Source of the DNA: Candidatus Nealsonbacteria bacterium
Lineage (GTDB): Bacteria > Patescibacteriota > Minisyncoccia > Minisyncoccales > JANBVM01
DNA: 64,000 nt
Assembly: GCA_047456315.1 (NCBI GenBank)
Contig: CP179889.1
Span: 128,776 to 192,775, forward strand
Direction: 5' to 3'
How positions within the stretch are numbered: position 1 is the first letter of the stretch; each line of letters opens with the position of its first letter. The position numbers and the translations under genes were made by a program. Positions 36,277-44,136 of the stretch are shown here, one piece after another. The notes beneath the pieces were generated by a model, which worked only from the letters and a program-made list of their open reading frames with translations, searched no databases and had not been told where the DNA came from.

Positions 36277-38385
36277 TTAGGAGGCTGGCCAGTCTTCTAT
36301 CATTAAGCACTTCTTCTTGTTTTTAATCGGCAGTTCCTGATAAATTTCTTCAGTAATAAATGGAACAAAAGGATGAAGCAGTTTTAAGGAAGCAATTAAA
36401 GTATAAAGCAATACTTTCTTTGTTTTTTTTCTCTCGATTTTAGTTTTAGCTTTTGAAATTTCTTCTTTTGAATATTCAATACACTGGTCACAAAAATCAT
36501 GCCAGAAGAAATCATAAAGAGCTTGAGCTGCTTTTCCAAACTCAAATTTATCTAAGTATTTATTAACAGATTTAGTTGTTTTATTAATTGCACTTAATAT
36601 CTTTTTATTGTTTTTCGAAAGTTTTAATTTTGAAATCTGTGCTTTTGTTGGAATTTCTAATTTTGAACCTTTAAACTGCACTATTACAAACCTTGTTGCA
36701 TTCCAAATCTTATTACAGAATTTCTTGCCCATAATAATTGTATCTTCATTAAATCTTACATCTTGTCCGCCCGTTAAGAGCCAGGCCAGGCCAAATCTGG
36801 TTGCATCAGCGCCATACTTATCAATCAGCACCAGCGGGTCAATGCCAGTGCCCAGTGATTTAGACATGCGCCTGCCGTCTTTTGCCAGAATTGTTGGATG
36901 AATATATATATCATTAAATGGTTTTTTGCCTATAAATTCCATGCTGGAAAAGACCATTCTTGCCACCCATAAATTAATAATATCTCTTGCGGTTGAAAGT
37001 ACATTAGTTGGATAAAACGTTTTTAAATCCTTTGTTTTTTTAGGCCAGCCAAGTGTTGCAAAAGGCCACAGAGCTGAGGAAAACCAGGTGTCTAAAACAT
37101 CTTCTGATCCTTTAATAGGAACTTTATGGCCCCACCAGATTTGTCTTGAAATGCACCAGTCTCTGATATTAGAAAGCCAGTCAAAATATGTTTTTTCAAA
37201 TCTTTTTGGATAAAACTTTACTTTTCCGCTTTTCACTTGTTTTTCGGCCATTTTCGCCAATTTATCCATTTTTACAAACCATTGTTTTGAAGGAATAATC
37301 TCGATTGTTGAGTTACAGCGGTAGCATTTAGGAACCTGATGAGTATACTCTTTTATTTTTTCAATCAGCCCTAATTTATTTAAATCATTAATAATTTTTT
37401 CTCTTGCCTTGAAAACTGAAAGCCCCCTGTAATCCAAAGGTGTCTTATCAGTCATTTTTTTCCTTTCATTAATCACTTTTATCATTTCAAGCTTATGTTC
37501 AAGAGACATCAAATAATCTTTTTGGTCATGGGCTGGAGTTACTTTTACTGCTCCTGTTCCAAATTCAATATCAACCATTCTATCGGCTATAATTGGAATT
37601 TCCCTGCGAACCAAAGGCAAAATCACAGATTTTCCAATCAATTTTTTATATCTTTTATCTTTAGGATTAACCGCCACTGCAGTGTCTCCCAGCATTGTTT
37701 CCGGCCTTGTTGTTGCAACAATAATATATTCCTGTTTTTTACTTCTTATTTCCTGCTTAACAGGATATTTAAGATACCAGAGCCTTGAATTTTGTTCTTT
37801 GTATTCCAGTTCAAGGTCTGACAAGCTGGTTTTACATTTAAAACACCAGTTAATTGGTCTTTCTTTCTGATAAATCCAACCTTTTTTATAATAATGTAAG
37901 AATGTTTTCTTAACTGCCTTAGAATAATCCTCGTCCATTGTAAATCTTGTTCTTGACCAGTCTAAAGACGAACCTAGTTTTTTGAACTGGTCTAAAATAA
38001 TATTTCCATATTTTTTCTTCCACTGCCAAACACGTTTGATAAATTCTTTTTTACCAAGCTCTTCTCTTGTTTTCCCTTCTTTTAATAATTGCTTTTTAAC
38101 TTTGGCCTCAGTGGCAATTCCAGCATGATCTGTTCCAGGAATCCAGAGTGTTTTATAGCCCTTTAATCTTTTCCATCTTATTAAAATATCCTGAACAGTG
38201 GCATTTAATGCGTGGCCCATATGCAAATTTCCAGTTACATTTGGCGGAGGAATAGTAATGCAGTACGACTTCTTTCTTTTGCCAGGCAGCTTATCAGGAT
38301 TAAAAAAACCAGTCTTTAGCCAAAGCTTATAGATTTTATCTTCTGTTTCTTTGGCATTGTATGGTTTTGAGAATTTTGATTTCAT
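36277..38385 (-). CDS. valS: Valine--tRNA ligase (short form lacking the C-terminal coiled coil)
   Basis: 702 aa with 'PPPNVTGNLHMGHA' (HIGH) and 'RRMSKSLG' (KMSKS), plus a ValRS-type N-terminal region. Confidence 0.88.
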   Translation of the reverse strand: MKSKFSKPYNAKETEDKIYKLWLKTGFFNPDKLPGKRKKSYCITIPPPNVTGNLHMGHALNATVQDILIRWKRLKGYKTLWIPGTDHAGIATEAKVKKQLLKEGKTREELGKKEFIKRVWQWKKKYGNIILDQFKKLGSSLDWSRTRFTMDEDYSKAVKKTFLHYYKKGWIYQKERPINWCFKCKTSLSDLELEYKEQNSRLWYLKYPVKQEIRSKKQEYIIVATTRPETMLGDTAVAVNPKDKRYKKLIGKSVILPLVRREIPIIADRMVDIEFGTGAVKVTPAHDQKDYLMSLEHKLEMIKVINERKKMTDKTPLDYRGLSVFKAREKIINDLNKLGLIEKIKEYTHQVPKCYRCNSTIEIIPSKQWFVKMDKLAKMAEKQVKSGKVKFYPKRFEKTYFDWLSNIRDWCISRQIWWGHKVPIKGSEDVLDTWFSSALWPFATLGWPKKTKDLKTFYPTNVLSTARDIINLWVARMVFSSMEFIGKKPFNDIYIHPTILAKDGRRMSKSLGTGIDPLVLIDKYGADATRFGLAWLLTGGQDVRFNEDTIIMGKKFCNKIWNATRFVIVQFKGSKLEIPTKAQISKLKLSKNNKKILSAINKTTKSVNKYLDKFEFGKAAQALYDFFWHDFCDQCIEYSKEEISKAKTKIERKKTKKVLLYTLIASLKLLHPFVPFITEEIYQELPIKNKKKCLMIEDWPAS

Positions 38386-39416
38386 AATCTTAAATTAGCA
38401 TCTACGCTGAATTTTTTCCAGCGTTTATTCTTGTTTTTCGTCAAGTGATAATAGGCAGTAACAGCTATCATTAGCGCATTGTCTGTTGAGTATTTTTTGT
38501 CTGGTATTCTATATTTAACAGTTAGCAATTGTTTTTTTATTGCAGTTTTAAATTGCTTGCGAAGCTCTTTGTTTGCAGAAACACCTCCTCCTAAAATTAT
38601 GCTTTTTACCTTATACTCTTTCGCAGCTTTAATGGTCTTATAAATCAAAACATCAATTATTGCTTGTTGTGTTTCATGAGCCATTGCTCTAACATAGTTC
38701 TTTGATTTTTTAATTTTCATTGGTTGAGATTTAAAGTGATAGAGGGCAGCAGTTTTAAGCCCTGAAAAACTAAAATCATAGTTTTTTTGATTTATCATTG
38801 GACGGGGCAAATCAATTTTAATCTTCGGCTTTTTTTTGTACTCTTTTGCCTCTTTTTCAATAATGGGCCCCCCAGGATAGTCCAAACCCAACATTCTGGC
38901 TATTTTATCAAAACATTCACCAGCTGCATCGTCACGAGTTTCACCTAATATTTTATAGTTTCCAAAAGCCCTAATTAAAATAATCTGAGTATGACCACCA
39001 GAAACTATTAAGGCAATGCTTGGAAAATTAAACTTTGACTCTAAAAAATTAGCATAAATATGCGCTTCAATATGATTGATAGGAGCAATATCAACTTTTA
39101 ATTTTTTAGCTAAATTTCTGGCAAAATTAACACCTGACCAAAGACATGGCTCCAGTCCCGGTCCATTAGTAACAGCAATCACATCAATTTTTGGATTTTT
39201 CGCTTGTTTTATTGCCTTTTTATAAATTACTGGTAAATTCTTTTCATGTTCTCTTTTTGCCAAAAAAGGATAAACTCCACCATATTTTTTATGGATTTCA
39301 TCCTGCGAAGAAACAATATTTGATAAAATCTTGATTTTGGGCTGTTTTTTACCAATAATCTTAATTAAAGCAATACAAGTATCATCACAAGAAGTTTCTA
39401 TTGCTAAAATAATCAT
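38382..39416 (-). CDS. tsaD: tRNA N6-adenosine threonylcarbamoyltransferase
   Basis: 344 aa with 'ILAIETSCDDT', 'HIEAHI' and 'LIVSGGHT' (Kae1/TsaD family). Confidence 0.92.
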   Translation of the reverse strand: MIILAIETSCDDTCIALIKIIGKKQPKIKILSNIVSSQDEIHKKYGGVYPFLAKREHEKNLPVIYKKAIKQAKNPKIDVIAVTNGPGLEPCLWSGVNFARNLAKKLKVDIAPINHIEAHIYANFLESKFNFPSIALIVSGGHTQIILIRAFGNYKILGETRDDAAGECFDKIARMLGLDYPGGPIIEKEAKEYKKKPKIKIDLPRPMINQKNYDFSFSGLKTAALYHFKSQPMKIKKSKNYVRAMAHETQQAIIDVLIYKTIKAAKEYKVKSIILGGGVSANKELRKQFKTAIKKQLLTVKYRIPDKKYSTDNALMIAVTAYYHLTKNKNKRWKKFSVDANLRL

Positions 39417-39457
39417 AATATTGCTTATTTTATCATTATTTTTTAAGAATAAAAGGG

Positions 39458-39485
39458 TTGATTTTTTCTAATTTTAAGATAGAAT
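39458..39485 (+). promoter_or_regulatory. Sigma70-like promoter upstream of tRNA-Glu
   Basis: TTGATT (39458-39463), 16-nt spacer, TAGAAT (39480-39485), about 14 nt before the tRNA 5' end. Confidence 0.5.
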
Positions 39486-39499
39486 TAAAAACATAAAAT

Positions 39500-39571
39500 G
39501 GCCCCATCGTCTAATGGTCAGGACGGTAGATTTTCAATCTACTAATACGGGTTCGATTCCCGTTGGGGCCA
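39500..39571 (+). tRNA. tRNA-Glu (anticodon TTC)
   Basis: Acceptor GGCCCCA/TGGGGCC, anticodon arm GTAGA-TTTTCAA-TCTAC, T arm ACGGG-TTCGATT-CCCGT. Confidence 0.9.
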
Positions 39572-39572
39572 C

Positions 39573-41096
39573 ATGAAAAATTATCTCACTCTTTCAAGAT
39601 CAACGGATTTAGAATATTTAAAAGACAAAACCTTGTATCGTTTCCTGGAAATTCTTCCCGGATTTTTATCTTGGCTTACTTTAATTGGTGCGTTTCTATT
39701 ATCAGGATTATATCCAATAACAATTGCTATTTTCATAATTCTATTTGATTTTTACTGGCTTCTGAAAATCAGCTATTTGTCGTTTCATCAGATGGCAAGC
39801 TTTAGAAAAATGAGAAATAACCTTAAAACTGATTGGATGAGAAAATTGAATCAGGTTAAAAATTGGGAAAGAATCCATCATTTAATAATCTTACCTTTTT
39901 ATACTGAAAAAGAAGAAATAGTTAAAAGTTCATGCAAGGCATTGGTAGCCTGCAAATATCCCAAAAATAAAATGATGGTTATTTTAGCTACTGAGGAAAA
40001 AGCTGGAGAAGAGGCACAAAGAATAGCCAATCAATTAAGCAAAGAGTTCTCATCAAAGTTCTTAAAATTCTTAGTGACAATACATCCAAAGGACTTACCA
40101 GATGAGGTAGAGGGCAAGGGCTCGAATACAGCCTGGGCAATAAAGCAGGCAAAGGAAAAAATTATTAAACCGCTTAATATTAAAAAAGACAATATCATTG
40201 TTTCTACCTTTGATATTGATACAAAACCATATCCTCAGTATTTTACCTGTTTAACATATAATTATTTAACAGTTAAAAATCCAAATCGCTGTTCTTACCA
40301 ACCGATTCCTATTTATAATAATAATATCTGGACAGCTCCAGCTTTCTCACGTGTTATTGCTACATCAGGTACTTTCTGGCAAATGATGCAACAGGAAAGA
40401 CCAGAAATACTGGTTACTTATTCATCTCATTCAACTCCTTTCGAGGTTTTAGATGAAGTGGGCTATCCCAAGAACGTTGTTTCTGATGATTCAAGGATTT
40501 TCTGGAAGGCCTATCTTTTTTACGACGGCAATTACAAGGTTTTCCCTCTTCATTATCCAGTGTCAATGGATGCAGTTCTTGCTAAAAATCTAGGTAAAAC
40601 CATAGTCAATCAATACAAGCAACAAAGACGATGGGCCTGGGGATGTAATGACATTCCTTTTATGCTTTTCGGCTTTTTAAAGAATAAAAAAATTGCACTT
40701 TCCAGAAAGATTTCATACTCGCTAAGCGTGCTGGATGGATTTTGGTCATGGGCAACTGCTTCTTTTTTAATATTTTTCCTGGGCTGGCTTCCTTTAATGT
40801 TTGGTGGTGAAAAATTTAACGTAACGCTTCTTTCATATAACCTGCCAAGATTCACTGCTGATTTAATGAGATTATCTATGATTGGAATGATTATTTCATC
40901 AATAATCAGTCTTTTAATTCTTCCCCCAAAGCCAAAAAAACTTAGCAGGCTTAAAAATCTTTCAATGATTCTTCAGTGGCTGCTCTTGCCAATAACTTTA
41001 ATTGTTTTTGGCGGCATTCCTTCTTTGGATGCACAGACCAGATTAATGTTTAAGAAATATCTGGGTTTTTGGGTGACTGAAAAAGAAAGAGGATAA
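39573..41096 (+). CDS. Integral-membrane family 2 glycosyltransferase (cellulose-synthase-like)
   Basis: 507 aa with TM helices at both ends, a central GT-A-like region ('STFDIDTKP') and a 'QQRRWAWG' (QxxRW) motif. The ATG begins 1 nt after the tRNA-Glu 3' end. Confidence 0.65.
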   Translation: MKNYLTLSRSTDLEYLKDKTLYRFLEILPGFLSWLTLIGAFLLSGLYPITIAIFIILFDFYWLLKISYLSFHQMASFRKMRNNLKTDWMRKLNQVKNWERIHHLIILPFYTEKEEIVKSSCKALVACKYPKNKMMVILATEEKAGEEAQRIANQLSKEFSSKFLKFLVTIHPKDLPDEVEGKGSNTAWAIKQAKEKIIKPLNIKKDNIIVSTFDIDTKPYPQYFTCLTYNYLTVKNPNRCSYQPIPIYNNNIWTAPAFSRVIATSGTFWQMMQQERPEILVTYSSHSTPFEVLDEVGYPKNVVSDDSRIFWKAYLFYDGNYKVFPLHYPVSMDAVLAKNLGKTIVNQYKQQRRWAWGCNDIPFMLFGFLKNKKIALSRKISYSLSVLDGFWSWATASFLIFFLGWLPLMFGGEKFNVTLLSYNLPRFTADLMRLSMIGMIISSIISLLILPPKPKKLSRLKNLSMILQWLLLPITLIVFGGIPSLDAQTRLMFKKYLGFWVTEKERG

Positions 41097-41149
41097 ACCT
41101 AAAAATTGGTTATTTATTATTTTCATTGTATAATTATTTATATAAGCCC

Positions 41150-41875
41150 ATGAATAATTTTTTAAACTACCCTTTATACATTTTCTTTGGAGTACTGCCC
41201 AGTATAATCTGGCTTTCGTTTTATTTAAAAAGAGATTCTCATCCTGAGCCAAAGAAAATGATTTTAAAAATCTTTTTTTACGGAGCATTAATAACCATAC
41301 CCGCAATTTTACTGGAAACAATTTTTTTTGAAGGAACAAGAAGATTGGGCCTGTCACCTCTTATCATATTTTGCCTAAACATTTTTTTGGGAGTAGCCCT
41401 AATTGAAGAGGCTTTAAAGTTTTTAGTGGTTAAAATAAAAGTTCTTAATAATCCTGAATTTGATGAACCAGTTGATTCAATGATTTATATGATAATTGCA
41501 GCACTAGGATTTGCCGCAGCTGAGAATTTACTGATTTTGTTCCCGCTTCAAAGCCCCTTTTTAGGAGAAATATTTGAAATTTCTTTTTTAAGATTTTTGG
41601 GAGCTACTTTTCTTCATGCGCTGTGCTCTGCTGTAGTGGGATTCTTTATTGGACTTTCTTTTTACAAAAAAGAAAAAAGGAGCAGATTGGTTTTCATTGG
41701 TCTTAGTTTGGCAATAATATTGCACGGTTTATATAATTTCTCTATAATTAAAGTTGAGAAAGGTTTAAATCTTTTAATATCATTTACTCTTTTAATAATT
41801 ACTGCGATTTTTATTTCAGAAGCATTTAAAAAATTAAAAAATTTAGCTAAGGCTAAAAGAGATCAGATAATTTAA
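41150..41875 (+). CDS. PrsW-family intramembrane metalloprotease
   Basis: Polytopic, with 'EEALKFL' and 'FLHALCSAVVG' motifs. ATG 41150 is preferred over TTG 41126, which overlaps a TATAAT box at 41129-41134. Confidence 0.75.
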   Translation: MNNFLNYPLYIFFGVLPSIIWLSFYLKRDSHPEPKKMILKIFFYGALITIPAILLETIFFEGTRRLGLSPLIIFCLNIFLGVALIEEALKFLVVKIKVLNNPEFDEPVDSMIYMIIAALGFAAAENLLILFPLQSPFLGEIFEISFLRFLGATFLHALCSAVVGFFIGLSFYKKEKRSRLVFIGLSLAIILHGLYNFSIIKVEKGLNLLISFTLLIITAIFISEAFKKLKNLAKAKRDQII

Positions 41876-41883
41876 ATAAAAAT

Positions 41884-42492
41884 ATGGCCAGTTCATTTTT
41901 AGAAAAACTTAAAAAAGGAATGGGAGTTGAGGAATTGGAGAAAATGGAAAAAACTGCTGAAAAAACAGAAGAAGCTCCTGTTGAAAAAAAGAAAGAAGAA
42001 AAAATAATTAAAAAAGAAGTTGTTAAAAAAACTGTCAAAACAAAAGCTAAAAAAGCTCTTGGTTCAGTGAAAAAGAAAGAAAAGGTTGAAATAGAAAAAA
42101 TTGAGAAAGAGATACCAGCACCAGCCCCTATTTTAGCAAAAGAAGAAAAAGAAAGCTGGCCTCAGCTAGAAGGTCAGTTAGCTGTTGATGTTTATCAAAC
42201 TGATTTAGAATTAGTCATACAGTCAGCTATTGCTGGGGTAAAACCAAATAACATAGATGTTTCGATTGATGACGACGTTGTTACAATAAAAGGAAAAAGG
42301 AATAAAATATCTGCTGAAGAAGGGGACTATTTTTATCAGGAATGCCACTGGGGAGCATTTTCACGTCAAATAATCTCACCTGTTGAAATTAACCCAGGAA
42401 GAGTTGATGCAAGCTTGAAGGATGGAATTCTAACAATCAGAATTCCTAAAATTGTAAAAGACAAGAAGACAAAGATAGTAATAAAAGGGTGA
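41884..42492 (+). CDS. Hsp20/alpha-crystallin family small heat-shock protein with Lys/Glu-rich N-terminal extension
   Basis: C-terminal ACD: 'LAVDVYQTDLELVIQSAIAGVKPNNIDVSI..VVTIKGKR' ... 'GAFSRQI..P..V....V.ASLKDGILTIRIPK'. Confidence 0.85.
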   Translation: MASSFLEKLKKGMGVEELEKMEKTAEKTEEAPVEKKKEEKIIKKEVVKKTVKTKAKKALGSVKKKEKVEIEKIEKEIPAPAPILAKEEKESWPQLEGQLAVDVYQTDLELVIQSAIAGVKPNNIDVSIDDDVVTIKGKRNKISAEEGDYFYQECHWGAFSRQIISPVEINPGRVDASLKDGILTIRIPKIVKDKKTKIVIKG

Positions 42493-42504
42493 ATAATACT
42501 TATT

Positions 42505-42539
42505 AAAACAAAGACCGCTTTTGAAGCGGTTTTTGTTTT
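42505..42539. terminator. Bidirectional terminator
   Basis: AAAACAAAGACCGCT-tttga-AGCGGTTTTTGTTTT (long stem with one mismatch), between hsp20 (+) and tRNA-Leu (-). Confidence 0.75.
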
Positions 42540-42543
42540 AATG

Positions 42544-42627
42544 TGCCGAAGGTGGGAGTTGAACCCACAAGCCATAAATGGCATGAGGTCCTAAACCTCA
42601 CGTGTTTGCCAGTTTCACCACTTCGGC
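42544..42627 (-). tRNA. tRNA-Leu (anticodon TAG)
   Basis: Acceptor GCCGAAG/CTTCGGC, anticodon arm TGAGG-TTTAGGA-CCTCA, a long variable arm, T arm GTGGG-TTCAACT-CCCAC. Confidence 0.9.
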
Positions 42628-42715
42628 AATGTGTCAATGATATTTCTTTTAATAAAAGAAATCAACCCTCAAATCAAAAGAGGATTGATTTAATTACGAA
42701 TCATAAAAACCCTTA

Positions 42716-43156
42716 TTATCCTAACCCCAAGACATTGCTTACTACTGCTGGAATGGCATTAGCCAGAAGAGCAACTGCTAAACCAATTATTGCGTTCCTT
42801 ATATAATCTCTTCCTTTAGTTACCTGTTCAGCATTTCCACCAGCTGTAAGGATACTATAACCTCCAAATATTGCCATAATTGCTGAAACAGTTACCACTC
42901 CGAGAAATATCCAGTTAGTTGCTTTTAGTATTGTATTCAGTGTACAGCACATGGCACAGTCATGATATTCATCATCAAACTCACAATCAACACCACCTGT
43001 AATAACAGTAGGACAACGAATGCCAGCGTAATCGTTAATCTTTGTTTCAGTTAGAATACATTTTGTAGCTGGTTCATCCAGAGCCAAAATCATGACAGGC
43101 ATTGCCAATGAAAGCATCACTACAGCAATAGGTATTATTAAAAGGCTCTTTTTCAT
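42716..43156 (-). CDS. T4SS pilin-like protein with Cys-rich ectodomain
   Basis: 146 aa with a signal peptide, 7 Cys (including 'DCAMCC') and a C-terminal TM-loop-TM '...FGGYSILTAGGNAEQVTKGRDYIRNAIIGLAVALLA'. Confidence 0.6.
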   Translation of the reverse strand: MKKSLLIIPIAVVMLSLAMPVMILALDEPATKCILTETKINDYAGIRCPTVITGGVDCEFDDEYHDCAMCCTLNTILKATNWIFLGVVTVSAIMAIFGGYSILTAGGNAEQVTKGRDYIRNAIIGLAVALLANAIPAVVSNVLGLG

Positions 43157-43224
43157 TTTAATTTCTAAATTGTATGATTATCACTTTTTTCTTTCTTCTT
43201 CTCGACCTTTTTCTTTTTTAAAAA

Positions 43225-43572
43225 CTAATTAACTCCTAATAAATTTTCTATTACTGCCATTATACCCTTTGCAAATAAAATTATCAAAAAACCAATAATT
43301 GTCCAAAGAATAATATTTCTTGCTCTTTGGGTTTGTTCCAGATTTCCTCCTGCTGTAACAAATAAGAATCCTGCTATAACAACCATTAAGGGGGCTAAAA
43401 CAATAGCAATATTAAAGATAAAATCAATAAGATTATCGATAATATCTTCAAATTGTGTGCCTTCTGCTAAAGGGTTTTCAATTACTATTACGTCAGCACT
43501 CAAAGTGCCTGCAATCATAACCAGAATAAAACTAATTAAGAAAAGTGGTTTTAAAAATTTTGTTTTCTCCAT
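43225..43572 (-). CDS. T4SS pilin-like protein
   Basis: 115 aa with a signal peptide and 'VVIAGFLFVTAGGNLEQTQRARNIILWTIIGFLIILFA' (TM-loop-TM). Confidence 0.6.
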   Translation of the reverse strand: MEKTKFLKPLFLISFILVMIAGTLSADVIVIENPLAEGTQFEDIIDNLIDFIFNIAIVLAPLMVVIAGFLFVTAGGNLEQTQRARNIILWTIIGFLIILFAKGIMAVIENLLGVN

Positions 43573-43576
43573 ATAT

Positions 43577-44086
43577 TTATTTTACTAAAATTAATGCCCA
43601 GTGGTAAATACCTGCCTTAAACTCTTTTTTAAGCTTAAAGCCAAGGTTTTTTGCAATTATTTCCACATCATCTGATAAAATTTTCTTTTCAGGACCTAGG
43701 GGAGAATCATGTTGCCAATCAACAATTAAAAGTTGTCCATTGTCTTTTAAAACTCTTTTCGCTTCTTCCAATATATCACTAATATTATTAGCTTCAAACA
43801 AAAGATTTGTCACTAGTACTAAGTTGCAGGAATTATCAAAAAGCTTAGAGCTTTTTTCTACATCTGCCTTAACAGGCTCAATATTAGAAATTTTAAAGGT
43901 TTTCATTTTACTTTTTAAAGCAGAAAGCGGCTCCTTTAAAATATCAATGGCATAAACTTTTCCATCTTTAAGTATTTGAGCCAGAGGCAGCACCCAGCCG
44001 CCAGAGCCGCATCCAAAATCAGCTGCAACTAAATCTTCTTTTAGATTAAGCTCTTTTAATACTTTACTAGGATTGAGAAATGCCAT
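43577..44086 (-). CDS. Class I SAM-dependent methyltransferase
   Basis: 169 aa with motif I 'VAADFGCGSGGW'. Confidence 0.8.
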   Translation of the reverse strand: MAFLNPSKVLKELNLKEDLVAADFGCGSGGWVLPLAQILKDGKVYAIDILKEPLSALKSKMKTFKISNIEPVKADVEKSSKLFDNSCNLVLVTNLLFEANNISDILEEAKRVLKDNGQLLIVDWQHDSPLGPEKKILSDDVEIIAKNLGFKLKKEFKAGIYHWALILVK

Positions 44087-44136
44087 AATGCTTTCTTGTT
44101 TATTATACCTTGATAAAATAATTTTTCAAAAGAAAA

